DNA of 64,000 nt, from positions 13,454,001 through 13,518,000 of the forward strand of contig JBHGNT010000004.1 in the NCBI GenBank assembly GCA_043228905.1, in the 5' to 3' direction. Shown in pieces: positions 48,296 to 60,300 of this stretch. The notes below the pieces were generated by a model. That model was given only the letters and a program-made list of their open reading frames with translations, was not told where the DNA came from and made no database searches. The position numbers and the translations under genes are program-made. Source of the DNA: Azolla caroliniana (lineage: Eukaryota > Plantae > Polypodiophyta). Every line of letters begins with the position of its first letter. The first letter of the stretch is position 1.

Positions 48296-49071
48296 TGTCG
48301 TGAAGAAAACCGTCCATAGGCGGAATCGGCGCACCTAGGCGTGGGAACCGGTTCTTCACGCGCGCAAGCTCCAAGTTGTACATAGAAGCGAATTAGGAGG
48401 ATAATCGGCAGGAACGGGCCCTAGCACAAGTGGAGACAAAGACCGCGCGAACAGTCTTTTCGGTCGCGCGCGCGAGCGAAGGAACTGTACGAGTCGGCGG
48501 CGTAACTACGCGGACGCGTGAAGGACGGAGCGGATCCCTGTCCAAAAGGGACAGGGAATAAAGCTGACATGACGGCCTGCTCGTCGGGCTATAAAAAGAG
48601 GAGGAAAGAGCTGTTGCAGGGATCTCGCGCGGAGAGGACGAAGTGCTGTCGGACCGTTTCTGGACGCTTCTCTCTCTCTGTTTCCTTCCTTCTTGAGCTC
48701 CATAGCTTTCTGTGCAGGGTTCCGAAGGGCTCGCGCTGTTTCGAGGAACGCCCGAGTGCTTCCGGCAGCCCCATTGTGCGTCGAAGCGAACAGGCATCGG
48801 CATCTGTTCGCCGGCCTGTTCGGTTGTAACCAACCTGTGCCCCATCGAGGGTTGTAGTCGTGTTAGCCATTTTGTTAATATACATATTTAGTCATTCGCA
48901 TCTGTCTGTGTCGGTGTCTGTTCGCGTTCTCCGTGCTGAAGGGCCGTGTCCCTGTGTATCCCCGGTCCTGCGTAGCCGGTTCTCTCTCTTTCTCCTCCCT
49001 CGCTTGCTCTTTGGTTCGAGACCCCCGCGGTCCCGCCTCGATTCCACACGCACTTGCGTAATATCTCGACA
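48296..49071 (+). repeat. 3' LTR of H
   Basis: Follows PPT AGGTGGGGGCGGA; near identical to the 5' LTR. Confidence 0.97.
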
Positions 49072-52000
49072 ACGTAGGAGAATATCGGGGGCAATTCAAG
49101 GAGTACTGTCGGTCCAAGGGAATCCGGCTCGACTTCACCGTCCCGAATACGCCGAAACTAAACGGGTTGGCCAAAAGGATGAACCGGACCATAATGGAAA
49201 GAGTTCGGAGCATGCTCGCACATGCCAAGTTACCGAAGACGTTTTGGGTTGAGGCACTGACGACGGCAACCTATGTGATAAACAGATCACCCTCAGTACC
49301 CTTGGACGCAGACTCACCGCAGAAAGTATGGACCGGTAAGAATGTGTCTTACCGGCATCTGAAGGTGTTCCGGTGTCTCGCAAACGTGCATGTGGCGAAG
49401 GACAAGAGAGAAAAGTTGGATCCGAAGTCCTGGCCATGCATATTCCTTGGATACGGCGATGATGAGTTCGGTTACCGGGTGTGGGATCTAGTCGACAGAA
49501 AGGTGTTCTGGAGTCGGGACATAGTCTTCATGGAAGACAGGACCATTGCCAACTGGGAGTCGGAGAAGAAGGTCACAAACTCCGGATCATCCATTGAAAA
49601 CCGGCTTGTGGACAAAAGGATATACCGGTTGAAAACCGGATGTTATCCGGTAACCAGATGACACTCGACGAACCGGTCGGATACGGACAGGAAACCGAAC
49701 CGACCGAAGAAGAAGAAGAAGAAGAAGGAGACATCGGAACCGGACAAGATCCTGAATCGATTTCGGATGAGGAACAAATGGAGGAACCGACAGTCAGAAA
49801 CCAAGGACGGAGATATCCTCTCTGGGAGAGAAGATCCCCTAGAAGATTTCCGGATGCAGAGCATGTGTTGCTAACCGATGAGGGGGAGTCGAAAAGCTTT
49901 GAAGAAGCAAGGTTGAGGGCCATGCATGATGAGATGGATTACCTGCATGAGAACCACACATACGAATTGGTGGAGTTGCCGAAAGGAAAGAGGGCACTCT
50001 GGAACAAGTGGGTGTACAAGCTGAAACCGGGAGACACCGGAAATCCACCAAGGTATAAGACCCGAATCGTGGTGAAGGGCTTCCAATAGAAGAAAGGAGT
50101 GGTCTTCGATGAGATCTTTTCCCCGGTAGTAAAGATGACATCCATCCGGATGGTCTTGGGCATAGTGGCAAGGTTTACTAGATGTCAAGACGGCATTCCT
50201 ACATGGAGACCTTGAAGAAGAGATCTACATGCATCAACCGGAAGGATTTGAGAAGAAAGGGAAGGAGCACCTGGTGTGCCGGCTGAAGAAGAGCTTATAC
50301 GGACTGAAGCAAGCTCCCCGGCAATGATACCGGAAGTTTGACTCCTTCATGACCGATCAAGGGTACCACAAGACGCAGGCCGATCACTGCGTGTTTGTGA
50401 AGAAATTTGATGGAGAATATTTCTTGATATTGCTCCTGTACGTGGATGACATGTAGATTGTTGGATGAGACCAAGTCAAGATATGGATGCTGACGAAGGC
50501 CCTTAATCGGACCTTCTCAGTGAAAGACATGGGTCCGACAAGACAGATAATGGGGATGCACATCATCCGGTACCGGTCGAAGATGCAATTGTGACCATTC
50601 CAGAATGAAGCACATCCAGCGCAGGTACCACTGGATCCGGGAGCAAGTTGAAGATCGAGAGTTCGTGCTGACGAAGATCCACACGAAGGAGAACGGGTCG
50701 GATATGTTGACCAAGGTGCTGACACCCGACAAGCTAGACACATGCCGGAAGTGGATCAGACTTATAAGACATCCCATACCAGAGTGAAGGGGGAGATTGT
50801 TGGGAAAATCGGTCTCTCCGGATGGGATCCGGTGATGAATAAAGAGGACCTGGTGAGAACCGGAAGAGATTCGGAAACCGGATCAGTGGACCTGGTGAAA
50901 ACCGAAAGAGAAGATAGATTTGTAAATATGTCTTGAATAAGCCCATTGAGGTTATATTTGTAAATAGCCCTAAGTTCATATAGTTATAAATATGACTTAG
51001 GGCAATCACTTTAGTAGTGTGTGATTGTGTCGTTGTCATATTGTTGTAACTATTGTACAGAGACAGAGAGAGATACAAAGCGATATTGTGTTGTAACCGC
51101 CACTGTGCGAAGAATCAAAGCTCGAGGTTGTTGCCTTCGAGTCTCTGATTGTACCCTTTCTCTTCATAGTGATAGTTTGGAGTCTATGGGCTCCCGTGGT
51201 TTTTCCCTATTAGGGTTTTCCACGTAAACATCTTGTGTCATTTTTCTTATGTACTCTCCACTTCCCATTTTTGTGTTTGATTCTTATAGAAGTGATTTAC
51301 TACTCGGTTGTGGCCGAGCGATATTCCGCACATTTCTCATCATGAATCAGACTGCCGGATGTTGTACACAGAGGTGGATCATCCCCATGGGCATGGAGGA
51401 CGAGGTGGGTCGGCATGCAATGGTGGCGGCCAGCAAGAGTAGAACCGAAGGCAAAGAGACAGCGCCGACAGTAGTTCCGAACCCTCCACAAGAAGGGGGA
51501 GTCAAAGCGGCTCCGAAAACCCGCAAGGAAAAGCCAACACGGAATGATGGTACTGTAGCAAAAAGGGTCACAGGGAAAGCGAGTGCTGGAAGAAGCGCAC
51601 CGATTCAGACAAATACAGATCTGGCAAAGTTCGCACTATGTAGAAGGATCAGAAGGATCCCGAACTGGGAACATTGGTAAAGGCCGACCTTCGTGATAAA
51701 GCACAAGGCTAACTTGATGAAGAAGACTACTTCGAAATCGGAGGAAGTATGTTACATTGATTCCAGAGCGTCCAACCACATGACGAACCATGAAGAGTGG
51801 TTCTCATTTTTATAGAAACCGGAACAACCGTGGATTGTCGAAACCGGACACGACACCCCTCACCCAATTGTGCATGTCGAAGAAGTCCCTTTAAGCCATG
51901 TTGGACAAAAGGGAAAGTTGTTGAACATATTACACATTCTGAATATCACAAAGAACCTGGTATTGGTCGGACAAATAGTCGACCATGGAATGTAGGTGCA

Positions 52001-53052
52001 GTTTACGCACCTCAGGTGCTTCATCAAGGAAGAAGGCAAGATAATTGCACAAGGACACAGAGAAGGGAGGATGTCCATCCGCAACACTAATGACGTCGGC
52101 ACCGCCATGTTTGCAAAAGGATAGAAGATTGAATCGGATATCAACCTCTGGCATAAGTAGATCGGCCATGTCAACTACCGGAGGCTTCAAGATCTGCAAT
52201 TGAAACAAATTGTGTTCAGATTGCCAAAGTTTAGTGGATGGATGGCCCAAATGTGTGAAGCCTGCCAAGTCGGGAAGCAACACCGGCTTCCATTCCCCAC
52301 CAAACCATGGTTGTTAGGTATGTTAGGTACGGTACGGATACCATACGTATATAACGTATTAATACGCATATAATACCTCCCAATTTTAAAATACGTTAAA
52401 TATGTTTTGTAATATGTTAAATACTTATAAAATACGTATTTTATGTATTTTACGTATATTTTACGTTAGTACATAAAATACTTCTAGAATTTGAAAATTA
52501 TTTACATTTCAAGAAAATATTTGTAATATTGTAAAAAGCACACACTATCTGCAGTCGCTGGATATGTACACCCCCCTTTTGAAACCATCTCCTCAAAACA
52601 AAAAAATAGGCTCCTTGTTATGCTAATAGATGGAATATCAGGAGTCTTAGAGACATCTATCTCATTTGGATTCACCTGCAAACAAGTTTATAAAAGCTTT
52701 AACTTCTAAGTATCACAAACTAGTGTGTCGATGGCAGAAACTAGTTATTAGTACTTAAGAATATTGAGGAATATAAATTATAAAAAGAATGAATAAAACA
52801 ATACCAGCATTGGAGATGCATTCACAGTCTCAAACTTGCGAACTAGCCGTAAGTTCTCTCGCACATATACCAATCGTTCAAGTTGTGCTACTTTTAGTCT
52901 GTTTCTATTTTTCGTATGTGCGAGAGCATGTGCATTCCAATTCCTTTCCGCTGCCCCAGAAGAGCAATCCTAATAAAAAGTAAAATATGAAATAAAATGT
53001 AGTACACAAAAGTGAGCTATTTCAGAACTTAACTATAAAATTGATCATTTTT

Positions 53053-53390
53053 TCAACACTTGACACTTACTTGGGATAATATGCGAACAACTAATGCTTG
53101 GAGCTTTGGAGTTCTTCCACCAAAATTTTCCCACCAAGTGACTGGCGTCATCATAGATCTCTCCTCACGTGCTAATGCATAGCTAAATGTCCTTGTACCA
53201 TTCCGATATTCATGCAATTCACGAAATAAGATATCACATTCAAGTTTCGAGTACAATTTTTCCACATAACTCATCCATGCATCCATTAACTCAGGGTTAA
53301 TAAATGTAGCGTCCTCTCTCCACATCGGATGTAACAAATGAGCTACAAGGTGGATTGGCCTCTTGAACCATTTCTATCATATATCAAATA
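53053..53390 (-). pseudogene. hAT transposase C-terminal (dimerisation domain) exon
   Basis: PIHLVAHLLHP...PVTWWENFGGRTPKLQALVVRILSQ followed by a GT donor. Confidence 0.8.
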
Positions 53391-53640
53391 ACTTCAAAAC
53401 ATCCTCATACCTAAAAGGGGTTTACAAATTAATCAATCTTAAAACATGAACAAACAATTGAAGGTTTAATTTTAGGAAACCATAACAAATTAAAATAAAT
53501 ATGAAACTTACTTGGATTTGTGGGGGATGTTTTCTTCCACTCCTTTTGCTAAAACATCTTTGCTTCTTCGCATAAACTCATATAACAATCCAATAGTGGA
53601 TCCCTCCCTATCAGTAAGTCGTAAAACACTATACAATAGG

Positions 53641-54547
53641 TACTCATATCCTTGGGCTGCACTTTTATATTAACCTTCATGTTCATGGCTAATGAAAATA
53701 TAATTTAAAACCAATTAAACGAAATACATGATTGAGCTACACAAGCTATGAATGCCATGTGAAATACTCTAACTGAAACTAATTGAAGCTTAATTGAATT
53801 AGCCTCCCCTTCCAATGGTTGCTCTTTGGGTACTCAATTACTAATAAACTAACCAAGACTAGAACTTAAATTCATACTAAGACTAGAGCTGAAAAGAGAA
53901 TATTGAAAAGAGAAGACTACAACATTTTCAAAAGAATAGATGTTTGTAGATACATTTTTTTGTGTGTATTCTTGCCTACCATAGCTACTCATATCCTTGG
54001 GCTGCACTTTCATATTAACCGTTATGTTCATGGAAGTGAAAACATAATTTAAAACCAATTAAGCGAAATACATGATTGAGCTGCACAAGCTATTAATGCC
54101 ATGTGAAATACTCTAACTGAAACTAATTGAAGCTTAATTGAATTAGCCTCCCCTTTCAACGGCTGCTTTTTGGGTACTCAATTACTAATAAACTAACCAA
54201 GACTAGAACTTAAATTCATACTAAGACTAGAACTGAAAAGAGAATATTGAAAAGAGAAGACTACAACAGTTTCAAAAGAATAGATGTTTGTAGATACATT
54301 TTTCTGTGTGTATTCTTGCCTACCATAGCTACTCATATCCTTGGGTTGCACTTTCATATTAACCTTCATGTTCATGGCAAGTGAAAAACATAATTTAAAA
54401 CCAATTAAGCGAAATACATGATTGAGCTGCACAAACTATTAATGCCATGTGAAATACTCTAACTGAAACTAATTGAAGCTTAATTGAATTAGCCTCCCCT
54501 TTCAATGGCTGCACTTTGGGTAATCAATTACTAATAAACTAACCAAG
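53641..54547. repeat. About 2.6 tandem copies of a 344-345 bp unit inside the hAT
   Basis: TACTCATATCCTTGGG recurs at 53641, 53986 and 54330. Confidence 0.9.
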
Positions 54548-54834
54548 CATTCTAATCAAACATGAAATCAATAAGCAAGACTACACTATTGTTTTTAGGC
54601 TAGTAGCTCCATCTTTCTCTATGCTCGTGAATGAAAACCAAAAAGAAAATGTGACTTCATTGCATATTAAAGTTAGAAAACTATTATCCAAGCATATGCA
54701 TATTAAGGTTAAACTTACCTCACACTCACAAGAATTGGGCCCAATAAAAAATTGTCTTCTATATAGCGTAGATCTTTGTTTGTTGCCTCTGTATGAAGAC
54801 GATTACTTGTCTTCAAACCAAGGTTTCGATTGAT

Positions 54835-55045
54835 TCCTCGTCCTCTTCTTCTTCTTCTTCTTCTTCTTCTTCTTCTTCTTCTTCCTCTTCCTCTTCCTCT
54901 TCTTGGTCTTCTTGTTCTTCTTCTTCCTCTTCTTCTTCCTCTTCTACTTGTTCTTCTTCTTCCTCTTCTGCTTGTTATTCTTCTTCCTCTTCTTCCTCTT
55001 CTTGTTCGTCTTCCTTCGTTTTCTTCTTCTTCTTTCTTCCTTCTC
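54835..55045. repeat. (TCT/TCC)n low-complexity tract
   Basis: Trinucleotide microsatellite-like run; reads poly-Glu on the minus strand. Confidence 0.9.
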
Positions 55046-56639
55046 CACTAAAATCGTTTTTTTCTTCTTTCTTTTTTAGGGTTTTGCATACATTTTTTTT
55101 ATAAATACGTATTATACCTATTGTTTTAAAAGTAAGTTAAATACCATATTAGAAAAATTTACATGACATTTGACTGAACAACATTGACGTATAGTACGTA
55201 CTATACAAAGTATGAGGTATTATACGTATTGATATGTTAAATACGCGTACGTAAACAACGCTGCACCAAACAAAACCGGAGCCGTAACAAGCTACACTTA
55301 ATCCATTCGGATGTATGGGGACCGACACAAAATGTTAGTCTTGGTGCGAGTCAATATTTCATCTCCTTCATCGACGACTACAACCGGCACATGTGGATGT
55401 ACCTCATTGAGAAGAAAAGCGAAGTCTTCGACTGTTTCAGGAACCTTCAAAGCTTATTCAAAAGGGAAACGGAGAGGAAGATCAAGTGTCTGCGACCAGA
55501 TTGCAGAAAAGAATACTTTTCCAGCCAATTCAATAGTTATCTGCAGCAGAAGGGAATTCGGAGAGAATTCAGCTGCAGGTACACACCAGAACAAAATGGT
55601 GTGGCCGAAAGAAAGAACCGGTCGATTGTCAACGCGACGAGGGCAAAGCTGGAGGAGAAGAGCATGCACAAATTCTACTGGGCTGAGGCGATCCAAATGA
55701 CCATCTACATCCAAAACTGGATCAGTGACAAGGTGTGAGCACATGAGGTGTATTTCAAGCGAAAGCCAAATTTGAAACACCTTCGGATATTCGAAAGCAT
55801 AGCATATGCGCATGTATTGGATGAGAAGTGAAGGAAGCTAGATCCGAAGTCGGAGAAGTGCATCCTAGTCGGTTACTCGCATTAGCAGAAGGGGTCTAAG
55901 TGTTATAACCCCCAGACTAAACATGTTTGTGTAAGCGGAGATGTCGAGTTTGATGAGTCGGCATCATGGTACTCTCTACCGACTCCAACCTTTGACTCCG
56001 AACCGATTCCGGAAGATGAGGCTAGTGAGTCCGAGGAGGTCCAGGTAGAAGATGAAGACTTCGGCACTCTAGAAGAGAATCAGGATCTCATTCCGGCTAA
56101 GTGGGCCAAATGATCGGCTGAGTTGGGATGACCAATCGGGTGAAGAATCGGCGAGTGGTGGAGACTCTCCCGTGCTCTCCCTGCACAAGGAACCGAGGAG
56201 ACGGTTTACGTGCAAAGAGAAGTGGAAGAAGAAGATGTCGGAATACGATACCGGTAGTAAAGGGTCAGATCAAAGCGAATCTGACCCCGGAAAGGAAGAA
56301 GATGAATCTTCAGAAAGGAAGTCTGAACCGGCCAAGAAGGGCCTCAAACCGGGTAACGAAAAGTTACGTCGGTCAACTTGTCAAAAGAAAACCATCATGA
56401 GGTACGAATACAATGAGTACATGGCACATCACTATGCGTACATGACTAAGGTTGCCGAAGTGCTTCGCAAAAGCAGCAAAAGACGCAAATTGGCGTGCTA
56501 CTTTGGAGTCTGATCTCATTTAGGCTAGTTGGGCTGGATGAGCGGCTGAGTTCGAATGATAAGTCGGGTGAAGAACCGGTGAGTAGTGAAGACTCTGTCG
56601 TGTTCTCCCCGCACAAGGAACCGAGGAGACGGTTCACGC

Positions 56640-57343
56640 TGTCGTGCCCTTCGGCTCCAGATCGTTGCGTGAGTCGGGTGGGAACCGCCGAGGTTTTTGA
56701 CTAGGAGGAAGAGGAATACAACTTAAGGCTAGTTATGAATAGTGGAAAGAGAAGTAAGATAGCAATCTCGTGAATCCCACGAGTTTAGTGTAATTAAAAC
56801 AATATTTAGATTATAAGAGCAATTAGATGGCAAAATTCGTGAATCCCACGAATATATTAGATTGATCAAACCTTGTATATTAATCAACAACCTTATACAT
56901 ATTTCTCTCCTCCTTATATAAAGATGGAAGAGGCTAAGCATGGCTTCATGCTTTTTCACCTAAAGTGTCCATGCACACTAAATGTGCATGTGATGCTTTG
57001 TCATTTCCTAAATATAGGGCTCATGCACGCTAGATGTGCATGAGTCACTTTTAATGGCACGTGTAAATAAAATATTCACACTCTAAAGAATACACGATTT
57101 TTACCTTTTAATAAAGGTATGTGTAAATAAAGGTCTTATACGTATTAAATCTATATTTATAACACTAAAGATAAGTTATTACAATGATAAAGTTGGGGTT
57201 TATCTACGTGGAGGTGCATGGTTCGAATCCTGCCCTATGCACGTGATAAATTCTTTTGATATATTATTTATTTATTTATATGTATCTAAAATCGGATATA
57301 TTATTTTATGGTTTTCACGTAGTGTGTGGAATACACTACGACA
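56640..57343 (-). repeat. 3' LTR of K
   Basis: TGTCGTG...ACGACA on the plus strand; AT-rich; direct repeat of 62994-63697. Confidence 0.97.
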
Positions 57344-60300
57344 CTCGCCCCCTCTGAACCCGCACATCCTCCGGTATGTGCCGAAGTTCTCGATTCCCCA
57401 TATCCGTCTTCACCCAAAGCTTCCTCCGATTCTCCCCTTATGTCGACTATGAGTTGTAATTCACTTTCTTCGCTTCCCGCATCACCGTGGTCTTCATCCG
57501 ATTGCTCCTCGTTGTCGGCCTTGGCTTGGATCACATAGGGTTTGTCGTCAGTCCGCTTCTTGAAAATCTTCACCCGCTTCCCGGCTATAGGCACTCGTAG
57601 TATTGTTCCATCCAACTCGGACAGTCGGTACGTTCCGTTGTCGAAGACTTTCCGAACCTCGTATGGCCCGAACCATCTTTTCGCGAATTTCCGCATCGTT
57701 GTATGTTGATGGTCCAAACTACTGTCATAGACGATCACCCAATCTCCTTCTTCAATCCTCCTCGGTCGTAGTCGGTGCTTTGTGTCGAACCGGCTTTTGT
57801 TCCTTAATCGTGCTTCTTGTTGTCGGCATATTACTTCCGCTATGTCTGCCGGTCTTCCCTCTAGTTGTCGTATCTGGACCGCTAGTAGTTCTTCCCGGCT
57901 CATCTCTTCCTTCCACGGTAGCACTGTCCATGTTGCGATCGCGGTTTCCGTCGGCATTACCGGTGCTTGTCCGGTCATGAGTTCTGCTGGCATGTAACCG
58001 GTTATGGAGCTATGCGTCGTCCGATCCGCCCATAGCGCATACGGAAGCATCTGCGGCCAGTCCTTCACCTTTCCATCGCATGCCTTCACAAGTGCTTTCA
58101 CGATGGGACTATGTCCTCGTTCGATTTTCCCGTTGGCCTCCGGATTGTATGTCGTTGTCAGCGATAACCGAACTCCGTGTTTGGCGAAGAATCCCCTAGC
58201 TTTGTCCGAGTCGAGTTCTCCCCGGTCCGCAATCACTTGTCCTACGCACCCATACCTGCAAAATACTTCCTCCAAAAGAAATTGGCATACCGCGGAACAC
58301 GTTTTCCTCTGAAGCGCTCGACCTTCTACTAGATTCGTGAGATCTTCCCGAGCTAATACCAAGTATTTCTTTTGTCCAATCCCGGTCGGCATGGCCACTA
58401 TGTCAACCATCCACTTGAAGTTGATTGTCGGTGAGAATGTCGGATGTAACTCATCTCGATGTCGAACCCCGGAGTAGACTTGACATTTCTCGCAGCTTTC
58501 CGTGAACTCCGCGACATCTTTGTACATTTTCTTCCACCAATACTTTTGCTTGATCTTCACAAATGTTGCCCATGTTCCTCGGTGTCCAGCCCAATCGGAT
58601 TCGTGAAACTCGGACATTATCCGGTTTCGTTGCTCTTTTGTCCTGACTACTCGAACTGGTATACCATCCGGTCTTTTCGGCGCCCTCCATATTAATCCGT
58701 TTTCCAAGAAGAACTTTTGGACTTGTCTCTTCTTCCTTCGGATCTCGGCTCTTCTTCCTTTATCGTTTGTTGAATCCTCGGCCTCTTGTAACATCTTTCT
58801 GATCATCAAGCTTTCTCCCTCGTATTCTTCTTCCCGGAATTCTCGGATTACGTTTAATCGGCATATGTGCTCCGATGCGAAGTAGTCTTCGGAAACTTCT
58901 TCATTATCCGATTCGGTTATGTCGTCTCCGAACCGAGCCCTTGATAACATATCCGCTACCGCGTTGTCCTTCCCCGAGATGTGTCGAACCTCCGGATTAA
59001 GCGACTTGACATATGCAACCCACCTTAGCATAGCTACATCCGGTATCGTACAACACCGCATCATCCCGAGTATCGGAAGACAATCCGTCTCGATCACCAC
59101 TTCGGCTCCGATCAAATAATCCCGATCCGATTTTATCGCCGACACGACTCCCCACAGTTCTCTTTTGACTTGTGCATATCCACGTTGCCTTTCGTTGAGA
59201 ACCTTTGCTCCGAATCGGATCGGATACCGCGAACCATCCGAGTCGGCTTGATTGATGACCCACCCGATACCGGTTGGACTTGTATCAACCGTTACTATGA
59301 TCGGTCGGTCGTAGCTCGGCTTCTTAAGTGCTTCCGCCCTCCGAAGTGTCTTCTTCAATTTCTTCATGGCTTTGGTGTGTTCCGGTTTCCATTCGAATTT
59401 CTTACCTTTCTGCAACAAGTGGTAGAGCGGGTCCGCTATATGTGCATAGTGCGGAATCCATATGTGATAGAATGCACATGCACCGAGAAACCTTCGGACT
59501 TCGGATGTTGACTCGCATACTTCCTCCATAGCTTGAATCGCATCGATCTTTGTTGGTGACGGTCTTCGGCCGTAGGGCCCACATAGATGTCCGACCACCA
59601 ATATTTCTTCTTGCCCGAATGCCGATTTCTCCCCGGAAAGTGTTAGGTGCACATCTTCTAGCTTTCGCAACACTTTCTCGCAATCACGAATATGGTCGAC
59701 CACGAACTTTCGGCATCCCCGATCATCCATAGTCTCATCTTTTTCTTCTACCACGCATCCTTTCATCGGAATGTCATCGAGGAACGGCATCGTTATCTCC
59801 GGAATGCAGTCTCGAAGCACCTTGTTCATCGCGTTCATCATATGAGCAACCGAGTTTGTCGCTCCTTGTGGTAGTGTGCACATTCGGACTAATCCTATCG
59901 GTGTTCGCATGGTTGTGATGTCTCGGCTCTCCACGGCTAGTTGGAATTGGTCATACCCCGAGTATAGGTCTCCGATGGAGTATATCGCACGACCGGCAAA
60001 AGCTTCCACAAATTCGTCCACTATCGGACCGACTCCCGAGTTCCAGATTGTGACCTTATTCACCGGTTGCAAGTCTTGGATAAATCGGAGTGACCCATTC
60101 TTCTTCGGAACCGTAAACCATCGATTTGAGTACGGAGCAGTTGATGGCTCTAGAATCCCCATCGCCACCTTCTCCTTGAGCAAGTCAATGACTTTCGGAA
60201 TATGCGCTCGTGGCACCGGAATCGGCTTCAGGTTCCACGGTACATGGTCAATCGTGAAGATCATCGGCTCCACTGTTCTCGGATCGACACACCCTATCTC

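Larger units (their letters stand above)
41817..49071 (+). mobile_element. Ty3/Gypsy element H, near intact and young
   Basis: 776-bp LTRs 41817-42592 and 48296-49071 with three differences seen by eye; 4-bp TSD ACGT; tRNA-Trp PBS; gag-PR and RT-RH-IN ORFs. Confidence 0.97.
39595..51342 (+). mobile_element. Ty1/Copia element G (family of F), with an internal RT-RH deletion; host of H
   Basis: LTRs 39595-40102 and 50798-51342; PBS 40106-40117; PPT AGGGGGAGA; perfect TSD TGAAT at 39590-39594 and 51343-51347. Confidence 0.95.
52306..55263 (-). mobile_element. Internally deleted hAT DNA transposon
   Basis: 8-bp TSD CACCAAAC at 52298-52305 and 55264-55271; imperfect TIRs CATGGTTGTT / CAGCGTTGTT; TACGTA-rich subterminal regions; hAT dimerisation motif. 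Confidence 0.88.

Noticed and set aside
54793-55104. Poly-Ser and poly-Leu ORFs
   Set aside because: Artefacts of a (TCT)n tract.
57220-57230. tRNA gene in the K LTR
   Set aside because: Only a T-arm/B-box motif is present; no acceptor, D or anticodon arms can be built.
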